Source: a virus
Lineage: Duplodnaviria; Caudoviricetes
Virus record (IMG/VR): IMGVR_UViG_3300021962_000104
Coordinates: 1 to 62,063 of that record
Length of the DNA: 62,063 nt
Reading direction: 5' to 3' (one strand)
Part shown: positions 28,026-38,130 of the stretch, piece after piece
How the letters are laid out: the number at the start of each line of letters is the position of its first letter
How positions within the stretch are numbered: the stretch's first letter is position 1
The notes under the pieces: model-generated
Told to the model about the DNA's origin: nothing
Database searches by the model: none
The model's input: only the letters and a program-made list of their open reading frames with translations
Program-made: the position numbers and the translations under genes

Positions 28026-28882
28026 CTGGAGGCAAGTCTAGTCGTTTGTTCCCAGCAACACTTGTAACAACCAAACAAGTATTGCCAATCTACGACAAGC
28101 CTTTAATATATTATCCTATATCAACGCTAATGCTGGCTGGCGTTCGCGAATTCTTGATTATAACTAATCCAAAAGAGAAGCCAATCTTTGAGGAATTATT
28201 CTATGACTCAGAGAACACTCTGGGTATTAAAGTGATGTTTGCTACTCAGGATTATCCAGCAGGTATCGCTGATGCATTCAATATTGTAAACGAACAATTC
28301 CTTGGTGGTTATGATCGCTATGCCTTAGTTCTAGGTGACAATATTTTCTATGGTGCGGGCATGAGTGAGTTGTTACATGAAGCACATTACGACGATCAAG
28401 AACGCGCATATTGTTTCTTGACTAAGGTTCACGATCCTGAACGATTCGGTGTCGCAGAACTTTCAGATCAGGGTGGTGTGATGTCTATTGAAGAGAAACC
28501 AGAACATCCAAAGAGCAATCTTGCAATCACTGGATTGTATTTCTTCCCAAAAAATGTGTTGGATAGGATTCGTAAATTGAAACCCTCTAACCGAGGTGAA
28601 TTAGAAATCACTGATCTATTGAAGACTTACATGGAGACTGGTGATCTAACAGGAATTAAACTGTGGCGCGGAGTGGTTTGGTTTGATACTGGTACACCAG
28701 ATTCATTAATTGAAGCGTCTAACTTTGTACAAACTATACAAAAACATCAGGAAGTTTTGGTTGGCTCTCCGCACGAAATAGCGTATAATAAGTATTGGAT
28801 TACAAAAGATCAACTAAACACAACTGCATTGCTATGTGGTAAATCATCATATGGCAAACTTCTTTCTTCTTTGGAGGATTAA
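28001..28882 (+). CDS. rmlA: Glucose-1-phosphate thymidylyltransferase
   Basis: GVILAGG.SSRL.P.T...KQ.LPIYDKP, LGDNIFYG, EEKP, RGELEIT, WFDTGT. Confidence 0.93.
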   Translation: MQTLGVILAGGKSSRLFPATLVTTKQVLPIYDKPLIYYPISTLMLAGVREFLIITNPKEKPIFEELFYDSENTLGIKVMFATQDYPAGIADAFNIVNEQFLGGYDRYALVLGDNIFYGAGMSELLHEAHYDDQERAYCFLTKVHDPERFGVAELSDQGGVMSIEEKPEHPKSNLAITGLYFFPKNVLDRIRKLKPSNRGELEITDLLKTYMETGDLTGIKLWRGVVWFDTGTPDSLIEASNFVQTIQKHQEVLVGSPHEIAYNKYWITKDQLNTTALLCGKSSYGKLLSSLED

Positions 28883-30189
28883 TGGAAATTGAAAGTTTAA
28901 TTAGAGATATCATTCAGCATCATGGGATGCCTAAGTATGCATCATACAATCCAAAGGAGTTTAACCCAGAGAAAGATAATGTATTTTATTCTGGACCTTA
29001 TTGGGATGAGAATGAAGTTATTGCTGGTGTGACTGCATTTCTAACTGGTAAATGGTTAGTTTCTGGAGAAAATGTAGCCAAGTTTCAATGGAGATTTTGT
29101 CGCAAGTTTAACGTGAAGCATGCACACATGGTGAACTCAGGATCATCTGCAAATTTAACGATGGTTACTGCATTGAAGAAACATTTGGGATGGAAAGACG
29201 GAGATGAAGTAATCGTATCTCCAGTTGGATTCCCAACCACCATTGCTCCAATTGTGCAAAATAATCTGAAGCCAACTTTCATTGATATTGAATGGTCAAC
29301 ATTAAATTTCGATTTAACTTTGATTGAGTCGAGAATCACAGATAGAACAGTAGCAATCTTTGTATCTCCAGTGCTGGGTAATCCACCAGACATGGATGTG
29401 CTGAGGATGATTGCGGAAAAGCATAACTTGGTATTGGTTGGCGACAATTGCGATTCATTGGGCAGTAAGTGGGATGGCAAGTTGCTGACCGACTACTACT
29501 ATTCGTGGACAACTTCTTTCTACCCAGCACATCATATGACAACTGGCGAAGGTGGTATGGTCTGCTCTAATGACGAAGAATTGATTAATACTGTTCGTTC
29601 TATTTCATGGTGGGGTAGAGATTGTCGATGCGTTGGTTCTGCTAACCTCTTGGCTTGTGGTACATGTGGCAATCGTTTTGATAAGTGGTTGGAAGGTTAT
29701 GATGGGATTATTGATCACAAATATCTTTTCACCAATATGGGATACAATTTAAAGCCACTGGATCTGCAAGGCGCAATTGGTATTGAACAATTGAAAAAGA
29801 TTGATCAAATTGATGTCAAGCGCAGAGAAAACTTTTCGACTATCAAAGAAATGTTTGCTGTAGTTCAAGGTGTTAGAGTTGCTAGTAACTTAGAAAAGTC
29901 TGATCCATCTTGGTTTGGTGTACCATTGGTTTGCGATAACTCTAAGTTGAAAGAAGAACTGCAACAATTCTTGGAGGATAACAGAATCCAGACTCGTAAT
30001 TATTTTGCAGGTAATATTTTATTGCATCCTGGATACAAACACTTAGATAACGCAGCAGACTATCCTATGTCTAATCTTGCGCTTTCCCATGTATTCTTTG
30101 TGGGATGCCCTCCACACTACAACAAGAGAGTGTTTGATTATTATAGATCAGTGCTAGAAAAATGGAGAAGTTTGCATGATATCGTATGA
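28882..30189 (+). CDS. rfbH: RfbH/DdhC-like NDP-4-keto-6-deoxyglucose 3-dehydratase (DegT family)
   Basis: VNSGSSANL, DNCDSLG, SFYPAHHMTTGEGG (His in place of the PLP Lys), WGRDCRC...CG Fe-S cysteines. Confidence 0.85.
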   Translation: MEIESLIRDIIQHHGMPKYASYNPKEFNPEKDNVFYSGPYWDENEVIAGVTAFLTGKWLVSGENVAKFQWRFCRKFNVKHAHMVNSGSSANLTMVTALKKHLGWKDGDEVIVSPVGFPTTIAPIVQNNLKPTFIDIEWSTLNFDLTLIESRITDRTVAIFVSPVLGNPPDMDVLRMIAEKHNLVLVGDNCDSLGSKWDGKLLTDYYYSWTTSFYPAHHMTTGEGGMVCSNDEELINTVRSISWWGRDCRCVGSANLLACGTCGNRFDKWLEGYDGIIDHKYLFTNMGYNLKPLDLQGAIGIEQLKKIDQIDVKRRENFSTIKEMFAVVQGVRVASNLEKSDPSWFGVPLVCDNSKLKEELQQFLEDNRIQTRNYFAGNILLHPGYKHLDNAADYPMSNLALSHVFFVGCPPHYNKRVFDYYRSVLEKWRSLHDIV

Positions 30190-30928
30190 TGCTATTTTGG
30201 AAATAGAAAATGGTGAATTGTGTGAGGAACCATTTAATCACATAATCATCGATGATTTCTTCACAGAAGACTTTGCAATTAAACTATCAAACCAATTTCC
30301 TGAATATAATAATTCTCCTTGGTATAACTATGACAATCCACTAGAAGTCAAGCGCGCAATGAATTTTTGGGATAAATTCCCACCAGAAACCTTTCAAGCA
30401 TTTTGGATTTTGTGTCAACAGAAGTTCGCTTTTCTGTTATCTAGAAAATTCAACGCTCAATTGCATGCAGATTATGGATTGAATGGTGGTGGCTGGCATA
30501 TGCACGGTAGAGGTGGTAAGTTAAACATACACCAAGATTATTCTATTCACCCAAAGATGAACATGCAGAGAAAGTTAAATATTATCATATATCTTTCACA
30601 AGAATGGGATTGCGATTGGAATGGTGGTCTGCAATTTTGGTCGCATGATGAGGAGGATTTCAGACCAAAAGAATTAGTCAAAACCATAGATGTGAGGTTT
30701 AATCGTGCTGTGATTTTTGACACTACTCAAAATTCTTGGCATGGATTTCCAGAACCAATTACTTGCCCAGAGGGAGTATATAGAAAATCGATTGCGGTGT
30801 ATTATGTTATGAATCCAACACTAAACGCAGACACTAGAACCAGAGCACTATATTTCCCAACTAAAGAGCAAGAAAATGATCCTAATGTTTTGAGGTTGAT
30901 TGAATTGAGGAGGGATGTGCAGAGATGA
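30176..30928 (+). CDS. 2OG-Fe(II) oxygenase (prolyl-hydroxylase-like)
   Basis: PFNHIIIDDF, IHQD, GGLQFW, FNRAVIF, SWHG, RKSIA. Confidence 0.85.
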   Translation: MISYDAILEIENGELCEEPFNHIIIDDFFTEDFAIKLSNQFPEYNNSPWYNYDNPLEVKRAMNFWDKFPPETFQAFWILCQQKFAFLLSRKFNAQLHADYGLNGGGWHMHGRGGKLNIHQDYSIHPKMNMQRKLNIIIYLSQEWDCDWNGGLQFWSHDEEDFRPKELVKTIDVRFNRAVIFDTTQNSWHGFPEPITCPEGVYRKSIAVYYVMNPTLNADTRTRALYFPTKEQENDPNVLRLIELRRDVQR

Positions 30929-31467
30929 GTGAACCTAAATTGATAACTGGAATGAATGAAGTAACTATCTTCGAAGATCATAGAGGTGGTTTCACTGAAT
31001 TATGGAACTCAACTAAGTCACCATTCAGTTCCTTGTATTTCATACAACAAAATGTTTCATTGAACAAGAAAAATGTATTTCGCGGACTACACTATCAAGA
31101 AGAATATCCCCAAGGTAAAATGGTATATGTGATGAGAGGTCGCGTTATAGATTTCATTATTGACTTGAGGAAGTGGTCTCCTAATTACAAGAAAGTTCAG
31201 ATGTATGAGTTGAGTGAGGATAAACTAAATTATCTTTGGGTCCCCCAGCACTTTGCTCATGCGTTTTTGAGTTTAGAAGACAACACTGCATTCTGCTACA
31301 ATGTATTTGATAATATTAGATACCCAGAGGACGAACGCTGTGTTTCATTTTTGACTGTGCCAGAAATAGTCAATGAGGTGGTAAAACATGTTCTTCTTGA
31401 AGACATTATCATAACTGATAAAGATCGTAATGGTTTACACATAGATGAGGCACCTGACTATGATTGA
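30925..31467 (+). CDS. rmlC: dTDP-4-dehydrorhamnose 3,5-epimerase
   Basis: DHRGGF, RGLHYQ, QGK, DLR..SP, FAHAF. Confidence 0.88.
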   Translation: MSEPKLITGMNEVTIFEDHRGGFTELWNSTKSPFSSLYFIQQNVSLNKKNVFRGLHYQEEYPQGKMVYVMRGRVIDFIIDLRKWSPNYKKVQMYELSEDKLNYLWVPQHFAHAFLSLEDNTAFCYNVFDNIRYPEDERCVSFLTVPEIVNEVVKHVLLEDIIITDKDRNGLHIDEAPDYD

Positions 31468-32287
31468 ACGAGTTTTGTTGTTTGGATCTAATGGACAAAT
31501 CGGTAATTCAATGATTGAATTGCTGGAGACATCGTATTCTACAATCGCAATGAATAGCGATAACATAGATTACAATTCTAGAGAAGAATTGGATAAGTTA
31601 TTCAAGTTCATCAGACCCCATCATGTGATCAATTGCGTGGCTTATACTGATGTAGATGGAGCTGAGAAGCCAAACAATCATGATAAGTGTCGCTATCTGA
31701 ATTATTCTTTTCCGCTACACTTAAATTATTTGTGCGCTCAGTATAATTCCCAGTTCATTCATTTTGGAACGGATTATGTCTTTGATGGTACTAAAGAATC
31801 CTATACAGAGAAAGATTATCATAACCCATTAAATTTCTATGGATCAACTAAGTCTGAGATTGAACGATCATTGAATTATAGTAAGACCAAACTTTTCAGA
31901 GTCCAGTGTGTATATTCTGGTAGAAATAAGAACTTCTATAAGAGCATTGATGCATTGGCTGATAAATTGGAATCCATCAATGTGATAGATGATCAGATCA
32001 CTTGCCCAACTCATGCTGCCTGGATTGCAGAAATGGTCTTCAATGTATTAGATGAACCCCAATATGGTATATTTAATCTAAATCCTGACGGTAATTGCAG
32101 TTTTGCAGAATTCGCAGAACTTATAGTCGGAGATAGATGTAAGATTAATAAGATAACTACAGAGGAATACGTTGCGTCCAAGACCAAGAGACCGAAAAAT
32201 GGTGTTCTGAATAATTCCAAGTTCAAGCAAACCTTTAATTTTTCTTCTCTGCCTACATGGGATCAAGTATACAAAAAGTATAAATAA
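31460..32287 (+). CDS. rmlD: dTDP-4-dehydrorhamnose reductase
   Basis: GSNGQIG, AYTDVDGAE, TDYVFDG, YGSTK, DQ..PT, RP. Confidence 0.88.
   Translation: MIERVLLFGSNGQIGNSMIELLETSYSTIAMNSDNIDYNSREELDKLFKFIRPHHVINCVAYTDVDGAEKPNNHDKCRYLNYSFPLHLNYLCAQYNSQFIHFGTDYVFDGTKESYTEKDYHNPLNFYGSTKSEIERSLNYSKTKLFRVQCVYSGRNKNFYKSIDALADKLESINVIDDQITCPTHAAWIAEMVFNVLDEPQYGIFNLNPDGNCSFAEFAELIVGDRCKINKITTEEYVASKTKRPKNGVLNNSKFKQTFNFSSLPTWDQVYKKYK
32279..32286 (+). promoter_or_regulatory. T4-type late promoter
   Basis: TATAAATA 30 nt upstream of the next gene. Confidence 0.75.
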
Positions 32288-32316
32288 GAGAGTAACAATT
32301 CCCACAGAGTGGATAA

Positions 32317-33507
32317 ATGCTATCATTTACATCGTTCCTAACAGAAGCCAAAGTCGAGAAACTAAAGCACCTAGAGCACGCTGAAGATCATATTGTCAAT
32401 TCGGGCGCAGCTGGTTTTGAGCATGCATCCAAAACTCTAATCGGCGTTCATAACGCACTTCAGGGACGTAAATCTCGAGTCAAGATCACCACCAAGTGGG
32501 ACGGTGCACCTTCTATCGTCTTTGGAACTCATCCTGAGAATGGTAAGTTCTTTGTTGCTTCTAAGTCTGCATTTAACAAGAATCCAAAGATCAATTATAC
32601 TGACAAGGATATCGAAAAGAACCATGGGCATGCTCCTGGTCTAGTCGAGAAACTCAAGCATGCGCTGGCTCATCTACCCAAGGTCACACCAAGAGGTCGT
32701 GTATTTCAGGGTGACATGATGTACACTCCAGGAGATGTTTCTTCATCTTCTACGCATTATAACTTTAAGCCAAACACCATCAACTATTCTATTCGTAAGG
32801 ACAGCGAAGAAGGCAAGAAAGTGGGTAAAGCCAAGGTGGGCGTGGCTGTGCATACCGAATACAAGGGTCGCACACTAGACTCAATGAAAGCGCACTTTGG
32901 TCCTAATGTCAATTCTTTTGGCAAGCATCGCGACGTCCATGTAATTGATACTCAGACTGGAATTGAAGATCTCAAAGATACCTATAAGCCAGAGCATCGT
33001 CGTGAATTTATTTCTTCTATGCGCAAGGCTCAACAGTTACATCGCGGTCATGACTATCGTCATCTACAGGGTCATGAGATGCACGTTGCCACTTATATCA
33101 ATCAGAACGTGCGCAGTGGTGAAACTGCATCCGTAGAGGGATTGATGAGACACGCTGCAGCTCGCAACGCAGCTGCTGGTTCTAAACTCAAGTCAGCTGC
33201 AGGTAAAGCCAAGGTCGCTGCAAAAAATTCAGCAGATATGGAACATATCAAAAAGAACAAAGCCGCATTTCAAAGAACTTTTGAGATTCATCGTCACCTA
33301 CAAAATGCCAAGCATGCATTGGTAGATGCGCTAAATGATAGCGGTGATTATGAACATAGCATTGAGGGTAGAAAGACTAGCGGAGAAGGGCATGTTGCTA
33401 TTATCAATAACATGCCAACCAAGTTAGTCAGTCGTCGTCAAGGAGACTTCGCTGCGTCGAATCTTCTTGCTGGTGGTGTCAAAGCAAAAATGGCAGAAAG
33501 AAAATGA
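32317..33507 (+). CDS. Conserved T4-like protein with KWDGAP motif (DUF6267-like), capsid-targeting-type N-terminus
   Basis: MLSFTSFLTE, HLEHAED, TKWDGAPSIVFG, QGDMM, EG.V, KLV.R. Confidence 0.7.
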   Translation: MLSFTSFLTEAKVEKLKHLEHAEDHIVNSGAAGFEHASKTLIGVHNALQGRKSRVKITTKWDGAPSIVFGTHPENGKFFVASKSAFNKNPKINYTDKDIEKNHGHAPGLVEKLKHALAHLPKVTPRGRVFQGDMMYTPGDVSSSSTHYNFKPNTINYSIRKDSEEGKKVGKAKVGVAVHTEYKGRTLDSMKAHFGPNVNSFGKHRDVHVIDTQTGIEDLKDTYKPEHRREFISSMRKAQQLHRGHDYRHLQGHEMHVATYINQNVRSGETASVEGLMRHAAARNAAAGSKLKSAAGKAKVAAKNSADMEHIKKNKAAFQRTFEIHRHLQNAKHALVDALNDSGDYEHSIEGRKTSGEGHVAIINNMPTKLVSRRQGDFAASNLLAGGVKAKMAERK

Positions 33508-35741
33508 GCAGAGCAACATTCACATACGGTCGCTTTAATCCTCCAACAGAAGCAGGACATGGCAAGTTAGTGAAGCAAGTCATGGATCATGCTGAAAGCA
33601 CTGGTGGAAAGCATTATATCTTTGCTTCTCATTCTCGAGATTCGGAAAAGAATCCTCTATCACATCAGGTCAAAACTAGAGCTATGCGCAAGATGTTTCC
33701 TGGCGCAAATGTTGTTTCCAAGAAACATCCAAATCTAATTGGTGTAATGCAGCATTTAGAAAAACAGGGTCACACTCATGTCACAATGTACGCTGGATCT
33801 GATCGTGTTCCAGAGTACAAAAGAATTGTGAATAAATACAATGGTAAAGATTTTAAGTTTAAGAAAATTGAAGTCAAGTCAGCTGGTTCTCGCGATCCAG
33901 ATGCTGAAGGTGCGGAAGGTATGTCTGCCTCTAAGTTGCGTGGGTTAGTTTCCGCTGGTAAGCGCAAAGAGTTTATTTCACATTATACAAACAGAAAACT
34001 TGGTGCTGAAATTCACGACAAGGTAAAAAAAGCAATGAGCGAATCAAGAGCATTATTCTTATTGGGCGGTCCTGGCAGCGGCAAGGACTATGTCATCAAT
34101 AATATCCTATCGCGTTTTAACGTCGTTGAAGTGCAGATGGATCAGATTCTAAATGGATCAATCAATGAAGTATTGGAGTCTGGTTCCAATCTACTCATCA
34201 ATGCTCCAATTGATCTGGAGAAGATTGCATTGGTTCGCGCGACTCTTGGTGAATCCTATGAGTTTGATTACACTCTAGTGTCAGTGACCAATAAGGTCAG
34301 TCGTGAGCGCAATGATATGCGTGCTCGTCCAATGAATGAATCTACTCGTATTCGCAAGTGGCTAGATGCTGAAAGAACCACAGATATGTTCGAAGGCGTT
34401 TTCAAGTTTGAGAATTCATTGAATCTTTCTGAAGCATCACAGAAAGAACTATCTGTATTCCAAATGCAAATTGAAGCATTCCTAAAGTTCATGATTGAGA
34501 ACGGCTATGTCTTTGAGAAAAAGGTTGCTGAGCCAACTGGAGATCTAAAGAAGGCTTGCTGGAAGGGATACACTGCCGTTGGGATGAAGATGAAGAACGG
34601 TCGCAAGGTTCCAAACTGCGTGCCAGTTGAAGAAAGTGATAATCTAAAGGGCACTCCAGTAGTTTCTTTGGCTGATGTTTCTAAACCTAGTGATTTTAGA
34701 AAAGATCGCTATGGAAGAAATGTGCCCAAGAAATTGAAGAAAAATGATCCAAGAGTGAAGTATGTGAAAGAGGCAGTTGGAAAAGAATCAAAGATCGTTC
34801 CAGTAACTGGAATGGGTGGTGTGCAAGGATTTCGCGTCACCAATCGTAGACTCAAGCAATCAAGATCTTTCAATAATATGAAAGATGCTGAAGCCTATGC
34901 TGCCAGAGGAGGCAAGCAACAGAAGGAAGCATTGGAATATGGTACAACGGAAACCAGAAATGCTTATGCTTCAATGACTCCTGGACAGACAGTTGATACC
35001 ACACCAACTTTGAAAACAAAGAAACTACCAAAGAGCAAGAAAACTCCTGGTGAAGATTATGATGCTAGAATGGGTGGCTCAGGTGGATACGCTGTTGGTT
35101 TGACGCAAACTGAATCAGTATCCCTAGAAGAAGCAGTACAGTATCATCTAGAGAATCAGATTCCGTTCGCTGAGAATATCTTCCGTCCAGGAAGTGATAT
35201 GTTCTTTGAACTGATCCGTGAAGCCAAGAATCTATATGCTAATGGTGACTACACTCCTGCTGATGAATACGAACAGGAAGTGCTAGAAAGTGATCTAGGT
35301 GAAACCGCAATGTACGAAGGTATGGAAGTGCTTCTTGACTTCCCATTCCTAGAAGAAGAAAAGACGCCAAAGCATGTTCGTAAATTGAGCAAAGATGAGG
35401 CTGACGAAGAAGAAGCTGTCAAGACTTCGATTCAGAAAGAAGAAGCCTGTTGCGATGACTGCGACGATTTGAACGAAGAAGATGAAACAGGTGGTAAGGG
35501 CATCGGCAAGCCATGGCGTGAGGGTGGTGGCGGTGCTGTCTATGTGCGCACAGGCGATGGTGGCGTCAAGAAGGTTCGCTTTAGTCAGTCTGGAATGGCA
35601 AAGAAATATCGCGATCCAGGTCGTTTGAAATCATTCATGGCTCGCCATAATTGCCTAGGAAACAAGGATAAGACTTCGGCTTCCTACTGGGCATGCCGTT
35701 ATCCAAGATTCTTCAGCAATAGTGGTCAACTATGGTGGTAG
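33504..35741 (+). CDS. Multidomain protein: HxGH nucleotidyltransferase (cytidylyltransferase-like), P-loop domain and small C-terminal domains
   Basis: GRFNPPTEAGH, AGSDR, GMSASKLR; GGPGSGKD; CWKGY...VPNCVP; SFMARHNC...YWAC. Confidence 0.75.
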   Translation: MSRATFTYGRFNPPTEAGHGKLVKQVMDHAESTGGKHYIFASHSRDSEKNPLSHQVKTRAMRKMFPGANVVSKKHPNLIGVMQHLEKQGHTHVTMYAGSDRVPEYKRIVNKYNGKDFKFKKIEVKSAGSRDPDAEGAEGMSASKLRGLVSAGKRKEFISHYTNRKLGAEIHDKVKKAMSESRALFLLGGPGSGKDYVINNILSRFNVVEVQMDQILNGSINEVLESGSNLLINAPIDLEKIALVRATLGESYEFDYTLVSVTNKVSRERNDMRARPMNESTRIRKWLDAERTTDMFEGVFKFENSLNLSEASQKELSVFQMQIEAFLKFMIENGYVFEKKVAEPTGDLKKACWKGYTAVGMKMKNGRKVPNCVPVEESDNLKGTPVVSLADVSKPSDFRKDRYGRNVPKKLKKNDPRVKYVKEAVGKESKIVPVTGMGGVQGFRVTNRRLKQSRSFNNMKDAEAYAARGGKQQKEALEYGTTETRNAYASMTPGQTVDTTPTLKTKKLPKSKKTPGEDYDARMGGSGGYAVGLTQTESVSLEEAVQYHLENQIPFAENIFRPGSDMFFELIREAKNLYANGDYTPADEYEQEVLESDLGETAMYEGMEVLLDFPFLEEEKTPKHVRKLSKDEADEEEAVKTSIQKEEACCDDCDDLNEEDETGGKGIGKPWREGGGGAVYVRTGDGGVKKVRFSQSGMAKKYRDPGRLKSFMARHNCLGNKDKTSASYWACRYPRFFSNSGQLWW

Positions 35742-36022
35742 ACGAAGATCATCCTTACGATGATCAGAAACTAAATAAGACTGAGTTCATACGCACCTTT
35801 TCGTGCGATGTGCTCGATGAAGAATTGAAATGGCACTATGATCTAAATGATCGTATTGTTGAGGTTTTGCAGGGAGAGGGTTGGGAACTACAGTTCGACG
35901 ACGCTCTTCCTAGTATGCTGAAAGTTGGTGATGTAATCTACATTCCCGCTAGATTGCATCATCGTATAAAGCGCGGGACAACGGATCTAAAACTTAGAAT
36001 AAGAGAGTACGATAATGGCTGA
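35732..36022 (+). CDS. Small cupin-like protein
   Basis: ELKWHYD, GWELQFD, IPARLHHRIKRG. Confidence 0.65.
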   Translation: MVVDEDHPYDDQKLNKTEFIRTFSCDVLDEELKWHYDLNDRIVEVLQGEGWELQFDDALPSMLKVGDVIYIPARLHHRIKRGTTDLKLRIREYDNG

Positions 36023-37340
36023 TCTACCAAAGATGTGGGGCAAAATGTCATCGGCTTTGCAGAAGAAGTGGTGGGCTGCTCACGGTGGTGGCAAACCATT
36101 CCCATCAGCAGAAGGCAGATCGGCTGCAGCTGCAAAGAGATCACCTGCAAAGAAGGGTGTGGCAACCTCTGAACTAAGTCGCGGCGAGAAAACTGCATCA
36201 GGAAAGATATCAGATGTTCGTCGTGAAAACATGCGTCGAATGAAAGCAGCGATGGAACGTGGAACTGCTGGTGCGCCACAAAAGACTTCAGGTGCAGGTG
36301 GATCTGGAGCATATAGTCCATCTAGCATGAAGGACATTAGAGCAGCAATCAAATCAGGGGCTGGGGTTCGCACAGGCTTGGCTGGGCATTCAAATTACGA
36401 TGAGGTTCTTCCAGAAAAGGATAAAAAGAAAATGAAAGAAGAAAAAGATCTAACAGGTGCACTAAGAAAGTCCATCGAAAGCAAAGGCAAGCACACAGTT
36501 ACTCGCAACAAGGCTGGAACTCTTGTTCTGCGCAAGATGAAGAACGAAGAAGTCGAGCAGGTGGATGAAGGTGCATCTCGACATTTGAGATATACTGGAA
36601 CAGTAGGCGGTCAAGATTATTCTATGACGATTCCAAGAAATGGTGATCTTGAAGATCACATGACTGCCAGAAAAATTAAGAAACAGAATCCTCATCTTAA
36701 ACCACACCATGTAACAGCACTCGTTAATGCTACTGGTGAAGACGAAGAGCATGTTAATGTGGAACATGGAGGTAAAAAATATAAGGTTCACGTTGTTAAT
36801 CATCAAGAACCAAAAATGGTATACAACGAAGAAATCGAACAGGTGGATGAAAATTGGGTGAGTTTGAGCACCCCGATCGGAGCAGGTTACAGGTCTATAG
36901 AGGATCACGAGAATAATCTAAAGGCAGCAGGTGTTTCTTTTCGCAAAAAACGCTCACCATACGAAAATCACGTTGCGTTTGAAGTTCCTCCGAAACATGA
37001 ACGTAAGGCGAAGAAGATCCTTTGGCGAGAAGAAGTCGAGTACATCGAAGAAAAACTAACAGCAGGTGATCCAGCATCAAAGTGGATCTCTGACTTCGTG
37101 CATTCTGACAATCCTAAGTTTGAAGGTAAGAGCAAGAAAGAGCGTATGAACATGGCTCTTGGTGCTTACTATGCAAAGAAACGCGCAAAGAATGAAGAAG
37201 TGGTGCAGGAAAAACTAGATCCTGTTGGTTCTGAAACTACAGACATCAATAATGATAAGAAAGTAGACAAGACAGATGCTTATCTGCATGCTCGTCGTCA
37301 GGCGATTGGCAAGGCAATTGCCAAGAAGAAGGGGTTGTAA
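36015..37340 (+). CDS. Probable internal head polyprotein
   Basis: Basic modules separated by EEVEQVDE, EEIEQVDE, EEVEYIEE, EEVVQE. Confidence 0.6.
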   Translation: MADLPKMWGKMSSALQKKWWAAHGGGKPFPSAEGRSAAAAKRSPAKKGVATSELSRGEKTASGKISDVRRENMRRMKAAMERGTAGAPQKTSGAGGSGAYSPSSMKDIRAAIKSGAGVRTGLAGHSNYDEVLPEKDKKKMKEEKDLTGALRKSIESKGKHTVTRNKAGTLVLRKMKNEEVEQVDEGASRHLRYTGTVGGQDYSMTIPRNGDLEDHMTARKIKKQNPHLKPHHVTALVNATGEDEEHVNVEHGGKKYKVHVVNHQEPKMVYNEEIEQVDENWVSLSTPIGAGYRSIEDHENNLKAAGVSFRKKRSPYENHVAFEVPPKHERKAKKILWREEVEYIEEKLTAGDPASKWISDFVHSDNPKFEGKSKKERMNMALGAYYAKKRAKNEEVVQEKLDPVGSETTDINNDKKVDKTDAYLHARRQAIGKAIAKKKGL

Positions 37341-37341
37341 A

Positions 37342-38130
37342 ATGGCAAAAGTAGGACAAAGAGGTCGTTTGGTATTAGATAAGAAGACATCAACAGGTGC
37401 TGGGTTTAAAGGCAAAGTCACCAAGGTTGAGGGCGGCATGGTTTATTTACAACTTGATGGTGAAGGTAAATTTGGTCCTCGCACCGTAAAAGGATCATTG
37501 AGCCGTTTTAGGGCTGAAGATACCAACTCGGAGGGCGATACGATGAATGAAGCCATCAAACCTAAGAGTAAAGAAGACGAAGGCGAGTATGGCTACGAAG
37601 GTGACATGGCAATGTCTCAGTTGCGTAGCATCATTCGTAACTCTCAGGCAATGCTGGACAATCTAGAGCCAGAGACAGATCTACCTGAATGGGTGCAGTC
37701 TAAGATCACACTAGCCAAAGACTATATTGAAACTTCTGCTAATTATCTAATGTCAGAGTTGGAAGAAGAAGTCAAACCAGTGGATGAGGGTCTACTTAGT
37801 GGAACACTCAAGGTTGCTGGAAAGGTTTTCAATGCTCCAGCATATTCTTGGGCTGGCGAGAAATTGGAAAAGCGCGAGAAGGCTAAGAAACTAGCAGCAG
37901 AAAGGGCTGCAAGAAAAGCCAGAAGAACAACAAAGAAAGCGCAAACTAAAGAAGTATCTGAATCAGCAGAGCAAAATGATCGTGTTAAGAAAGTGATGGA
38001 TAAGTACAGAGGTATTCGCAATAAAGTAAATACCAAACCAGAATTAGAAGTAAGTATTCGTAACACTTCGCCAAATATCATGGGAAATATTCCTGGACAT
38101 GAAGGACCAAAACCAAATGCAAACTTTTAA
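37342..38130 (+). CDS. Probable internal head protein
   Basis: EGDMAMSQL...LPEWVQSKITLAKDYI domain, EEEVKPVDE linker. Confidence 0.6.
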   Translation: MAKVGQRGRLVLDKKTSTGAGFKGKVTKVEGGMVYLQLDGEGKFGPRTVKGSLSRFRAEDTNSEGDTMNEAIKPKSKEDEGEYGYEGDMAMSQLRSIIRNSQAMLDNLEPETDLPEWVQSKITLAKDYIETSANYLMSELEEEVKPVDEGLLSGTLKVAGKVFNAPAYSWAGEKLEKREKAKKLAAERAARKARRTTKKAQTKEVSESAEQNDRVKKVMDKYRGIRNKVNTKPELEVSIRNTSPNIMGNIPGHEGPKPNANF

